DNA from: Vezdaea acicularis
Lineage: Eukaryota
Direction: 5' to 3'
Assembly (NCBI GenBank): GCA_026025075.1
Contig: JAPEUI010000025.1
Location: 62,001-126,000, forward strand
DNA length: 64,000 nt
Part shown: piece after piece, positions 50,510 through 62,425 of the stretch
Position numbering within the stretch: the stretch's first letter is position 1
Layout of the letters: each line of letters opens with the position of its first letter
Program-made: the position numbers and the translations under genes
The notes under the pieces: model-generated
Told to the model about the DNA's origin: nothing
Seen by the model: the letters and a program-made list of their open reading frames with translations, nothing else
The model's database searches: none

Positions 50510-51626
50510 CTACAGCAGAGGGTTCTCCTTGTACTGCGGCGCCGCCCCATTGGTCTGGCTCTTCTCTGCGCCGTTAGCCCCTTTGTCAATCACTTCCTCC
50601 GCACTCTCTGATTCCTCTTCGGCAAGGAATCGTTCGGCCTCGAGCGCTGCGATACAACCAGATCCTAAAGATCTACAGTCAGTATTCGTTACACGTTACT
50701 CAGCATTGGGGGAATAACCCACCTGCACTGGTGATCGCCTGTCGATACCGCTTGTCTTGCACGTCTCCAGCTGCGAATACACCCTCGACGCTCGTGTAGC
50801 TTGTTCCAGGCTTCGTAATAATGTACCCCTCGGAATCAGTGTCCATCTGTCCTTTTACAAGCGCCGTCGCCGGATCATGCCCGACAGCGTAGAACAGGCC
50901 ATTCGCTTCCAGTTCTGACTGTTCCCCTGTCTCTACATTCTTGATCCTAAGGCTAGTCATCAACCCCTTGTCTCCTCCTTTTACCTCCTCAGCCACGGTG
51001 TTATACTTAATCATAACCTTCGGATGGGTCATCAGCCGCTTTGCCATGGTCTTGGAGGCCCTCAATTGGCCTTTCCGTACGAGTACGGTGACGTTGCTGC
51101 CATACTTTGTAAGGAAGATGGCCTCCTCTGCCGCCGAGTCGCCGCCACCAATAACCACCAATGGCCTGTTCCTGAAAATGGGCACAGCGCCGTCACATAC
51201 CGCGCACGCACTGATCCCATTCTGCCAGTATTTGTCTTCGCCAGGCAAATCTAGTCTTCGCGCCGACGCGCCAGTAGCGATAATGAGTGTGTCGGCTGTG
51301 TGCGGTTCATCATCTTCCCCATATTCAACCCAGAACTTGAAAGGCCGTCGTGAAAGGTCTACCTTTGCAACAGTCTCCGAAATAATCTCTGTTCCAAAAC
51401 GCACCGACTGCTCACGCATGTCTTCCATGAGCTGCTGGCCCATTATTCCCTTTGGAAATCCGGGGTAGTTCTCAACGTCTGTGGTTGTAGTTAGTTGACC
51501 GCCCGCTGCTATGCCGTTCGCTAGCAAGCCTTCGTAGAGGACCGGCTTTAGTTCCGCTCGAGCTAGGTAGACCGCTGCAGTATGGGCAGCAGGCCCTGAG
51601 CCTATTATAACGACTTTGCTATGCAT
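50510..51626 (-). CDS. TRR1: Thioredoxin reductase (low molecular weight type), 2 exons
   Basis: [18 protein letters not shown] redox site, [18 protein letters not shown]...[17 protein letters not shown] and ending NPLL*. Confidence 0.97.
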
Positions 51627-51853
51627 TGTGCGGAAGGGAGTCCTGCCCAGCAGAGAAGATGTTCTTGCGGGCGTGGACGAAAGAGTTGAGGTGGGAGGGC
51701 GCTGCTGTAGTAGAGATCCTGCCGCTAGTGATATTCCTGAGGCAGCACGGAGGGTCGAAGGGAAGGTCCGGCGGAAGGCTGAGGAAAACAGTTTGAATGT
51801 TGGCCGTGACTCCTGTACGAAAGAGGAGGTTTCGCTACAAGGAATCGAGAGGA

Positions 51854-51859
51854 TTTATA
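51854..51859 (-). promoter_or_regulatory. TATA box of TRR1
   Basis: TATAAA on the minus strand, followed by a pyrimidine-rich tract. Confidence 0.55.
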
Positions 51860-52414
51860 GGTGGGGAGGACCAGGATGGCATCAATTGGAGAGCTATCAG
51901 GCAGGAGCGACTAATGACAATTATGTCGAGACTCGACAGGGCTGAGATGAATGGGGATGGTGCTATTACTCAAGGATCACAAGATTCAGGAACATGGACT
52001 AACTTATACTTTTGTCGGTTTCCGCGTCATTCCACCGGCTCTCGGTAATCTACACTATTTCTAAGGCTCGGCATTTGCGGCAGGGGGGGTGCTCGCTTGG
52101 CCCCCACTAAGGTTTGTGATGACAGAAACGTGCATAAAAAGGACCCCTCTGTTGACGAAATTGCGATTTTTTTCAGTTGATTAGTTACTGTTTCACCGAC
52201 AGAGGCATTTAAGCAGCCAGCCTTATCCAAATATCTAGTTGAAAATGTATCTTGATCGTAATGGCAAAATTCCGCCATATGTACGCTTGCGGATTCAAAA
52301 ACTTATGTACATCAAGTAAATAGAAACATCAAATGAAGGGAAGAATCGAGTCAAGAATACCCAAGAAAGTCCAACCTGGCGTATCAAAGCCTGTACTCAA
52401 AACCCTACGCTAAG

Positions 52415-53298
52415 TCACATGAATCTCATTTCAAACTCCCTGAAGAGCTTGGGAGTAATCTCATCACTTGAGTTTCCTTGCACACCCCACAACACACCCT
52501 TACCGTCATAATGTTCCAAGAGAGACTGCGATGTCTCTTCAAACTTCTTCAACCGTGCCTTCCACGTCTCAGGGTTATCGTCGGCTCTTCGCGTCAGCTT
52601 CTCTCCAGTAATGTCATCTTGACCAGCAACCTTCGGAGGGTTGAAAGTAGTATTGTAAACTCTTCCCGAAGGCTCATGAACCAAACGATTGGCTATCCGG
52701 TCGAGGATCACTGATGTTGGCGTCTGCAGATGGACAACCCAATTGATGTCAATAGTCTTATCAATCTGTTGCGCTTGAGTGGCCGTGCGCGGAAAGCCAT
52801 CAAGGATAAAAGAGGCTGAGGGATCGTCCGATGTTTGGGGTGACAGTGTAGGGTCAAACGACGTCATATAGGGGTCCGCGGCATCGTCAAGTGATGGAGC
52901 CACGGCTGCAGATGAACTGAGTGACATTGTCTGCGGAAGTCCAAGTAACCAACCTCGAGTCTTGAGCTCATTGAGGATCAAGCGCAACATAACCGTATCT
53001 GGTACCAGACTACCAGCCCGCATTATGGACTCCGCCTTGATTCCTATAAATCGCATAAATCAGTCTCATGTATGTTTGCTACATCCGGGTAACCCAATAC
53101 ACCTCAACGATATTGTATGGGGTACGCATTCAAGGGCTTACCTAAGGCTGTCTTCTTTCTGACATTGTCGCGAAGTAAATCCCCGGAACTGATGGAAGAC
53201 AACGAAGGGTATCGTTGTATAAGCCTTTCGGTCTGTGTGCCTTTACCCACGCCAGGCGCGCCTACAAGAATAATTCGAGCCGCCTTCCTAAGGACCAT
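52415..53298 (-). CDS. ADK2: Mitochondrial GTP:AMP phosphotransferase (adenylate kinase 3 type), 2 exons
   Basis: GAPGVGKGTQ, SSGDLLRDNV, FILDGFPRT and LID domain HEPSGRVYNTTFNPPK...DDITGEKL. Confidence 0.94.
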
Positions 53299-54090
53299 AG
53301 TTTGAGTCAAGTTGTGCCCTCGATTGCCGTCGTCTGCTTTGCGCCGGATTCGGTTGTATCCTCCGGTGTAATCAACCGGATCTCGGACAATAGGCGACCC
53401 GACTCGACTGGACTCGACGTGGGCTTCGAAGCTGATGCCCCAGGAAGGGGTGGAAAGAAAGAACGATTATGCCGAATTCATTCCGAGATAGAGAGTATAT
53501 AGGTAAGCACACGCGTCGGAGGGGAGCATGACAGCTTCCGCCGTTCGTCCGCCCGAGGTTAAGGTGTGGGGGAGCCGTGGAGCCTACTTGTGAGCAGGGA
53601 AATTCGGTTGAGGACACCCCTGCAGTCAACCCTACAAATTGACATGCTCTTTCCACGCTTGACCTCAGAATTCAGTGTAAGGAATATTATAGAACAAGAG
53701 ATCTTTACTTTCCGGTAGAGCTAAACCCTTCACGCCGTTATATTCGTGGCCATGGTTGCGTTTCGTGCCAGAGGAGCTCATCACTAATGGCACGTGGAAC
53801 TAACCGGAGTTTATCGGACTTCCCCTGTGACGCCGACGCGAATTGCGAACTTTGAAGTTCGCGCATTTTGGCGACGTGGGCCGGCATACGTCTCGCTCTC
53901 TCCGCATTATTCCTTTCCAACTACCAACATTCAAAGTTGTCTGTATCGCCTCCTTCCTGGCTATCTAAATTTCTCTACTCGTAGTAAACAAATAAAGTGC
54001 TGCGATTTCCCAAAGAAACCCTCCGAAACAGCAACTGAATTTGTGCAACTTTTCTCACCCTGGCTTCATCGGTTTTCGGGCCAAACCAGG

Positions 54091-55855
54091 ATGAGCGCTA
54101 CCTCGAGAATCGTCGGAAATGTTGTCGTCAGACGGCCAGCGCTTGGTGGTAAGTAGGGTGTACAGATCGTCAGATTCTCTTTACTGATGACCATAGCTGC
54201 CCAAATATTATCTCGACCAACCGCTAGACTCTCCCATGGACGGATAGCTTTTCCGCGGCGCAATGCACGAGAGCTCCCAGACTACATCACTGCCATGGCG
54301 ATACTGTTGCCACGGAGAGGCTTTGCTACGGAGACATCAACTTCGACTGGAGGGGGACCAGCAGCACCGCCGCCAGGATTCAACGCTGAGCAGGCGAAAA
54401 AGCCTCTTCCTCAGGAGCCCAAATCTACTCCTGCAGCAAGTAAGAAGGCTGCGACAGAGGCTACGAAGGCAAGCAAAGATGTCGCTACTGAGGAGGATAA
54501 GCGTCGAGAACTGAACAACGGGAGCCTCACAGAATTGGCGTCGGAGAAAGATGCTAAAGAGAAGAAGCTCGAGGCAAAGAAGGAGGAACAGAAAAGCTTG
54601 ACTCTTATCCAGAAGATCCAGAAGGAAATAACGCACTACTGGGATGGGACGAAGTTATTAGCAACGGAGGTCAGAATCAGTATGAAGCTGGCAATGAAGA
54701 TGGCGGCAGGGTACGAATTGAGCCGCAGGGAGAATCGTCAAGTGAGTAGCCTTCATACATATCAGAACGCTTGATGCGGTTGACAGACGCTAATCTCCTA
54801 CCTAGCTTCAACGTACAGTGCAAGATCTAGGGCGCCTTGTCCCATTCTCCGTATTCGTCATCGTTCCCTTCGCCGAACTTTTATTGCCAGTAGCCCTAAA
54901 ACTCTTCCCCAACCTTCTTCCTAGCACCTACGAAGCCCAGAAGTCGAAAGACGCTAAAGCAACCAATTTACGAGCAACGCGTAAAGAAGTCAGCAATTTC
55001 CTCCGAAACACTCTGAAGGAAACCGGTCTCCCACTATCTCCAGCGAACGCACACAAAGAAGAATTCACAGAATTCTTCCGCAAAGTCCGCGCAACTGGAG
55101 AATCACCCACACAAGATGATGTCATCAAGGTGTGCAAGATCTTCAAGGACGACTTGACACTAGACAATCTGTCTCGACCTCAGCTTGTTGGCATGTGTCG
55201 ATATATGAATTTGGGGACCTTCGGCACAGACGCTATGCTACGATACCAAATCCGTCACCGCATGCGACAGATCAAGAGGGATGATCGCGCGATCAGCTTC
55301 GAAGGAGTCGACTCACTTAGCGTTACTGAGCTTCAGATGGCTTGCGCCAGTCGAGGCCTACGCACACACGGAGTCTCCCCCGGCCGACTGCGGGACGATC
55401 TACAAACATGGCTCGACCTCCGCCTGAAATACGGCGTGCCTTCAACCCTCCTAGTCCTTTCGAACGCCTTCATGTACACGCAAGGCAAGGAATCTGAGAT
55501 TTCCACGCAAATCGAAGCCCTCCAAGCCGTCCTCTCCTCCATCCCTGAAGAGCTCTTCCACGAGATCGAGCTCGAAGTGCACACCGCTGAGGGCGCCGCA
55601 ACCAACAAGCAGCGTCTCGAAGTCCTCAAGGAGCAGCAAGAACTCATTGAGGAGGAGAACGAGCAGAACGAGGAAAGCTCGGAGAGCGGCAGCACGGCGC
55701 CGAAAGACGACGAGGATATTGACGAGAAGGAGGAGATGCGTAGGGCGGATGCACTGAAGCAGGGTGAGGAGGGAGAACAGACTCTGCAGGCCTTGGAGGC
55801 GGAGAAGGACTCTGCGGAAGTCAAAAAGGTGGACGAGGGCCCGAAAAGTGGATGA
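54091..55855 (+). CDS. MDM38: LETM1/Mdm38 mitochondrial inner membrane protein, 3 exons
   Basis: Presequence, HYWDGTKLL, DLGRLVPFSVFVIVPFAELLLPVALKLFPNLLPSTY and LTLDNLSRPQL. Confidence 0.96.
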
Positions 55856-56122
55856 TAAAGGGGTGCAAATTCTCGGCTCTTGTGTACAGGACGGGATCAA
55901 ACGGGGGGCTACTGAGCCCAAAAATGGTTTTATACTGCTTATATTGGCAGAGATAGACTATGTAAGAAAAACGTAGTCGTACCCGCTGCATGGTCTTATT
56001 GCACTCGAGTCATGTCAACGAATGCGGATAATCGCGGGCTGGCCGGCCCATAAGTAGCCCCCCCCCCCCTATTGTCATTTCTCCAATCTCTGTTGCAGTC
56101 ATTCCCAGCATTATCAAGACAT

Positions 56123-57162
56123 CTAGATCTTAGCCTCCTTCTCTCTCCTTAAAGTATGCCGGCTCACCTCCTCGCCCCTTTCCCTCTCTCCAGCTAGCTC
56201 CCCTTCCTTTATCAGCCTCTCGATCAAGTCCTCGTCTCCAAGCTTTGCATTGTGCTCAAACTCCGGCTCCTCACCGTAGGCGATACGCGCTGCATCAACT
56301 AGGATTCTAGCCGTCATACCCCACACCCTATACCTCGTGATCAAGCCCGCCTCTTCTGCTCTGAGAAGCTCCTCCTCGGACCTGTCGTGTGAATATGTGT
56401 GCATCTTGGGCTTCGGACGTACGACCTTCTGTCCTGCTATAGGCACATAGAAGTTATGCATCCGCCACGAAGATTCGTGCCAAGACATCCACTGGCCCTG
56501 ATACCACTCTTCGTCTCCTTCGCCTCCGTCCGCCGCCTCTCCAGTCTCTCTCTCCACCCCACGTTTCTTGAGGAAACCCCTTAATGGAGCTGTGAAGACC
56601 GCAGAGACTTCCGGAGCGCTCAACCTTGGTAACAGGACCTCATCTGCCGTTTCTGTGGGGTGTGTTGTAGAGAGATACGCAACGCAGGGGCGGACTCCGA
56701 GAGAGGTCTTTGCGAGATTGAGGGGCAGCTCGCAGAGATGATTGATGGTGAAGGTAGGGGGAAGAGCGCGAGGGTTGAGGGGAAGACCTATCTCTTCAAA
56801 CGCTTCTCTTCGGGCTGTGGAAAATGTGGACTCTTCCAAGGTATCCGCTTTTCCACCCGGAAGGGCAACTTGCCCCGCATCTGCCCCGCGTAAGCTACGA
56901 AGGGACCACAATTGGAGTGGGGAGACGTGCAGGATCGCAATGTATTTGCGCGCAAGGTCAGAACGACGCGCAGATCCCCTTTGCGGTCTGCGAAGAGCAG
57001 TATCAAGACTGCTGCGCGCCGCGAGAGGGGCAGGTTTGCGTATACAGTGCGCGGGGGGACATAGGAGCTGAGACGTGCTATCGCAGCCTATACGTTGTTA
57101 GAGTGTAGTCTAAGTATGTGAGGAAGGTACTTTACCGCTGAAACAGCAGATAATGGTGCCAT
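56123..57162 (-). CDS. PCD1: Peroxisomal CoA diphosphatase (Nudix, NUDT7-like), 3 exons
   Basis: RRAAVLILLFADRKGDLRVVLT, ALPGGKAD...ARREAFEEIGL (Nudix box), RVWGMTARIL and PTS1-like C-terminus AKI*. Confidence 0.93.
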
Positions 57163-57853
57163 GATTGCGCCCGCGCCATTGGCAGCACTTGAGAATATCA
57201 AAAGGCTGTATCCAATGAGCTGTAAATTGTTTGAAGCAAGGCGTATCAACTGACAGCACCGGCCGAGTTACAGTAGCCGAAGGCTTGTCCGAACGGACGT
57301 CATGCAGCCTCCTTTTGCAGCGTCGACAATTCCAATGGAACGGCGGTGGAACGCGGTCATTTCCATCTGTTCTGCATTCACAACGGATTTATCCGTCGTA
57401 CATGCTCTAGCTTTAAAGATCCATGGTTGACAATCTCGTTTACGCCAGCTCAACATACAGAGCCACGAGACAGGGTGAAATCCTGCGACATGGTATTCGA
57501 ATCCTCATGCAGGGCCCTTCCACAGCTGGCATCACTTCCAGAAGATTGCTCTTTCCAGAGTCTGGACTAAACCCATTCGATTAGTCCTCGACAGCAGACA
57601 TTGGTCTTTCGTCCAATCTAGCCTCAGATTTCATTTTGTCCTTGTCCTCAACTCGCGTTGTCATCGCGTGGTCTTTCTCTTTCCAGTTTCTTTGTGCTAT
57701 TTGAGACTCGTCCATAGAGTCACAAGCCACAAAGATGGCAACATTCATGGACCCCAGATATCAGGATCCATGGCTTTCTCTCCTTCTTAAACCCGTCGCG
57801 TAGTGTTTCCTCTCCGCGGTAAGTTACAGAATCCTTCAATCTCGTCTGAGATC

Positions 57854-59170
57854 ATGGCGCGTCCACCGAATCCACCGAGTACTGAGGAACTAGCACGAAT
57901 GTATCAGGAGATTTCCAGTCCATCATCGATGACAGACTTCGAGGAAACCAATGCCGCTTTCGACTCTTTCCATACTCCGGCTTCGCTCCTTGGCTATATT
58001 AACAAACCTCTTCCACCTATCCCTGATCCAAAGGAGTCAAAGCCGAAGGTGAGCAGAGGGAGACACAGTGGGCCCAAGCTCTCGGACTCGGACCCGGACC
58101 CGCCCCTGCCAGCTGTGGAACAACTAGCGCCAAGCTTTTACTTGCAACCCACAACATACAGCAACTCGAGTCTCGCCGTGAATGGTCTTGAGCGACCCTA
58201 CCAGCTCGCGGATCCGTCCAAGCCAAAGTCCTCAGAAACCAGTCCACGAAGCACCCAGAGTGCCAAAGAGCTCTTATATCGAGATCTAGGCTCCCACCGA
58301 GCAAACACGGATGAGCGGCGCGTCCTCACGCTGAAAGACATGATAGACGTGGAAGAGCAGGAGCAGCTCGATGCAACCGACAGACAGCGACAAGAACAAC
58401 ATATGGCGCCAGCCCCACATCATCCACAACCAAACTCCTCGCCACTGCCTGAACAGATAAGCCCCCTCCCCTCGCGCGCCTACTCATCCAGCCACTCCCC
58501 CGAGTCCTCCTCAGACTACCAAACCCAGCGCCTCATCCCTCCACCTCTCTCCATCTACAAATCTCCCATCCCGGACCGGCCCGTCTCACGCTTCTCTTTA
58601 AACACCACCTCCTCCTCCTCCTCCTATTCCAGCGATAACCCCCATCACCCTCGCAAAGCCAACCGCTCCTCCCTGATCGCCTACCTCCGCAAATCCGCCT
58701 CCTCGTCCAAGACCTCGAAAGGCAAAGGCAAGCGCAAAAGCGCTCAGTCGTCCTCGTCGCCGACGAACGAGCACTTTCCCCCGCCCCAGCAGAAGAAGAA
58801 GGAGACGAAGACGTTTGTGCACCTCCAACAAACTATAGCAGGGAAATTCCGATACCCATACTTTTCATCCGTCCGCCCTCCTCCTCCTCCACCTCCTCAT
58901 CCCCCTATGACAACCGACAACAACCCCAATCCTCCCCACCCCCGCCATACTTCCGCACCCGCAACACCCTCCACACACCCCCCTCCTCCCCTATCCACCC
59001 GCCTCAACCAACGCTTCACAGACGGCACCATCCGCCTCCGCGGCGCCATAGCGGATAATCTCAGATTACCGAGGCCTCCGTACGCGCGGCGCGAAGCGCT
59101 GAAGCGTGGGATCGTCCGCGTGGGCGAGCCGCAGGAGTATGTGGACGAGAGGGAGGGGACGTGGGTTTGA
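57854..59170 (+). CDS. Hypothetical Pro/Ser-rich disordered protein
   Basis: Long open frame (over 430 codons) with an NKPLPPIP motif and C-terminal RREALKRGIVRVG. The start is uncertain. Confidence 0.7.
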   Translation: MARPPNPPSTEELARMYQEISSPSSMTDFEETNAAFDSFHTPASLLGYINKPLPPIPDPKESKPKVSRGRHSGPKLSDSDPDPPLPAVEQLAPSFYLQPTTYSNSSLAVNGLERPYQLADPSKPKSSETSPRSTQSAKELLYRDLGSHRANTDERRVLTLKDMIDVEEQEQLDATDRQRQEQHMAPAPHHPQPNSSPLPEQISPLPSRAYSSSHSPESSSDYQTQRLIPPPLSIYKSPIPDRPVSRFSLNTTSSSSSYSSDNPHHPRKANRSSLIAYLRKSASSSKTSKGKGKRKSAQSSSSPTNEHFPPPQQKKKETKTFVHLQQTIAGKFRYPYFSSVRPPPPPPPHPPMTTDNNPNPPHPRHTSAPATPSTHPPPPLSTRLNQRFTDGTIRLRGAIADNLRLPRPPYARREALKRGIVRVGEPQEYVDEREGTWV

Positions 59171-60160
59171 TGGTTAGTGAACCCGGGGGGGGATATCCAA
59201 AAGGGGAAATGAGTAATAGGGTACTGATTTGGCTTAGGGGAGACGGGAGGTTGGAACTCCTCCCTCCCTGAGAAACGTTAAGGGGAGGAGCTTTCAGCTT
59301 TTCGGCCGTTTATTGGAGACTTTGGAGACTTTGGGGGCGGGAGAGGACTGCATCGTATCCAGACCCTGTATCTATCTACTGTATATACAAATGATCAAGA
59401 ACAGCGAACAGCGAAACTTTGATGCAAGAACCCGCGGGGATGTTGTGAGGTTTGAGAGAAGTATGGGGTTTGGGGTTTGGGGGTTTTATGGATGGTTCTC
59501 TCGTTCTAGTTTTACTCCCGTGTCCGCTGCCGTTCCCTATCGTTCCCTGCTCTGCTCTGTCCAGCGCAGAAAGGGGAAACCCAAAGAAACCCAGGGAAAC
59601 CCGGGAAGTCAAGGAGTTGGAGAACCCAAAGAAGAAGAAGAAGGACAAACCTCCCCCCTCTCCCCAAAATCAATCCCAAACGACCTCACGCGCGCGCGAG
59701 AGCGAGAGCGATGAATAGCCAAAACCCAACCTCCTGCCTAGAGCCACAGGGAGGGAGGGAGGAGGAGACGATAGTGGGGTTGGTTGGGAATATTGAAGAG
59801 GTGGTATGAGATGTAAGGAGTTGAAGGGGTGCAGAAAGGCAGATAGGCAGGCAGGCAGGTAGGGAGATAGGCAGGGAGCGAGGGAGGCAGATAAGGATCC
59901 GGCTTTGAAAAGCTGCTAATACATGATATTCCCACACGCTCCCATGTCTCTCTCTCTCTGCTTCGCTCTCTCGTCCTCTCTGTGCGCTTCGCTCCAAGAA
60001 AAGCCCAAGAAAAAAACACCCCCCAAAAAAACGAACAGAGACCAAAAAAATGAAATAAAATAAAACTCCGCTTCACACACACCCTCCCCCCTCGTTATCC
60101 CCCCCTAGGCACCCTTCCAAGGACCCTCCTTTCAATCGAGCCTCCTTCCAGTCGAGCACC

Positions 60161-61863
60161 TCACCCCCTAACCCTCCCCGTGGCGGCATACTCCGCCGCG
60201 CGGACACTCCTGCGGTGCTCCCTCTCCATCTCGCGAATCTCCTCCGGCGTCGGCGCCGGCGCGCCCATGACCGTCAGATCGACACTACTCCTTGCACTAC
60301 CGCGAGCACTTCCCCGGCCATCGCCCGAGCCAGCAGCGGTAGGGTCGGGAAGGTCGTGTTGGCGGCGGAAGCGGGTTGGTATAAGCGCTGTGCGGAAGGG
60401 GGAGGTGAAGGGACGGAGTTGGGAGGGGTCAGGTTGGGTGGTGGATGGAGTGGTGGTAGAGGAGGGGTCGGAGGTGGGTTCGGTGGTGGTGGTGCTGCCG
60501 CGGCCGCGGCCGATGAAGGGGGGACGCCACCAATTCCCGCCGCGCTGGGGGCCTGGCTGGTCGGTCCCTGCTAGGTGCGGGGCGGAGTCGTCGAGGGCGG
60601 TCTGGCGGTCGCGGCGGTTGAGGGTGGGGAAGCCGTAGCGGTCGTGTGGTGGGTCGTTGTGGGCGGCGTGGTGGTCGCGGAAGGGGTTTCCGCCGCGTGC
60701 ACCCATCCAGGCGCTGCGCGGGGCGGAGGCGAGGGGGTGCGAGGGGAGACGGCCGTTGGCGGAGGTTGCACGACGGCGGGAGGAGGAGCCGCTGCCATCG
60801 TCAGGGCCGGTGGGGGGAGAGTCTCCGTTGCTGCCTTCGGGGCGGGGCTTGGGGACGTAGTAGTCTGCTTTGCAGAGGGGGCAGCAGGCGCGCCGGCTGG
60901 TGAGCCAGGGGTCGAGGCAGGAGGCGTGGAACGCGTGACCGCAGGTGAGCCCGCGGATGTCGTCGTTGTCTTCGAGCGTGTCGAGGCAGATGGCGCAGGT
61001 GTCGCCGGGGTTGGTGAGGAGTTCGGGAGGCACGGCCGAGTGGATGTGGTCGTCTTCGAGCTCTTCTTCGTCTTCGGCGGCGGTGGTCGTCCGCGTTAGG
61101 GTGGTCTCGGTCGGTGCGAGTGTAGTGTGGCCTTTCTCGACAAGGGAGGCGTCGGAGAAGCGGTTGTCTTTGGTGTCAGAGGATGGGACGTCGATGGATG
61201 TCTTGGATATGGGGGCAGGTGTGATGGACGCGGGCGACTCTGCGGTGGATGAAGAGTCGGCGATATGAGGTGTGCGCGGTTGATCGCTCTCGCTCTTTCG
61301 ACGCTCGGTCGATGGCTCGACGACACCTTCCTCCTCTTTCAAGCTGGCCGCTCTACTCGACGCAATGCCACCGGCTGCCGGAAGGCCCTCTCGCTCTCGA
61401 CTCAACCGCCATGCCTTGTATTTCGTCAGCGGGAAGCGCGTGTTAACGTCTTCCAGACTCATCAACTTCTTCTCTCTTCTTCGTCGATGCGGTCGAGGCA
61501 TCGTGTTCATGTCAATCTCGCCCTCTGCACTCTCTCTCGCCGCTCTGTTTCTCTGATTATATCGGAAGCAGTATTTGACGCCGACAATGATCCTGGAAGA
61601 AGAGAGATGTCAGTATTTATCGTGCGGAAAATCTCTTCCAACACGGGAGAGGCAGATCTCGTATGAATCCTGATGATCCTCCTTTAGCCGGTGAATAGCC
61701 GAATTGTGACATACCATAAGTTCGTAAAGACAACGCCAAACCCCAGCGCGACGAAGAACAATAACGGTGAATTGGTCGGCCCATTGCTACCTTGGCCGGC
61801 GGTGGTCGTCGCTCCTGGGGGTCCCCCCGAGGTCGTTGACGGTATCGCCGATACAGACGTCAT
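60161..61863 (-). CDS. Membrane-anchored RING-H2 E3 ubiquitin ligase, 2 exons
   Basis: TM segment SPLLFFVALGFGVVFTNLW|IIVGVKYCFRY (intron 61714-61593) and RING-H2 CAICLD...LTCGHAFHASCLDPWL...CPLC. Confidence 0.93.
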
Positions 61864-61949
61864 GTCGGGCAGTCCAGTTGAAGTGGTCGGTGGTCCGCCC
61901 AGATTGTAGAAATTCGACCTGATCTCCAGGCTTCGTCTTTCCTCCAATC

Positions 61950-62425
61950 TCACCACCTCCTCGATGACATTCTCGGTGTTGAAAGACGTGATGGCGGGTC
62001 GAGCAGCGAGGCCAGAGCGGAGACTGGTCGTGCTCACGCTTAGCCGGGAGAAGCGATGCGCTGATTACAGGTCTCACGCCCCGTCGTGGACCCTAAACAT
62101 TCGAGACTGGCGAGTCAATTTTTCGACGCCGTCGAGCCTAGAGCATTAGAGAGATGGATGAAGTCGCGAAACGAATGTTTGGTCGATATCGCGAGGGGGG
62201 CCCGCTCCGGTGGTGGCGAGGTTGGTGAAATGGTGATGTCGGAGTGGCCGGGCTAGGGGCAATCAAGCGTTTTTGTCACGCCTCGAGCGAGCAGATTAGT
62301 TCATTGGAACACGACGACCAGTGTGTGTCCCGACCCGATGCGACTCGATTCGCAATCAACCTGCGTTCGTCTGCACCGGCGATGGGCAGAGAGATGGTTA
62401 AGGTAGAGATGAAAGACTATTTCAT
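61950..62425 (-). promoter_or_regulatory. Cluster of five short uORFs in the putative RING-H2 mRNA leader
   Basis: ATG AAA TAG (62425-62417), ATG AAC TAA (62304-62296), ATG CTC TAG (62146-62138), MFRVHDGA* (62100-62074) and MSSRRW* (61970-61950). Confidence 0.55.

Noticed and set aside
53620..53730. AACCCT motifs as a telomerase RNA template
   Set aside because: Not a 1.5-repeat template, and the interval is far shorter than known filamentous-ascomycete telomerase RNAs.
55333..55921. Long antisense ORFs over MDM38 (similar ones over TRR1, KEX2 and the RING gene)
   Set aside because: Expected by-product of GC3-rich codon usage on the sense strand.
57488..57510. TTCGAATCC resembling a tRNA T-loop
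   Set aside because: No acceptor stem, D-arm or anticodon arm around it.
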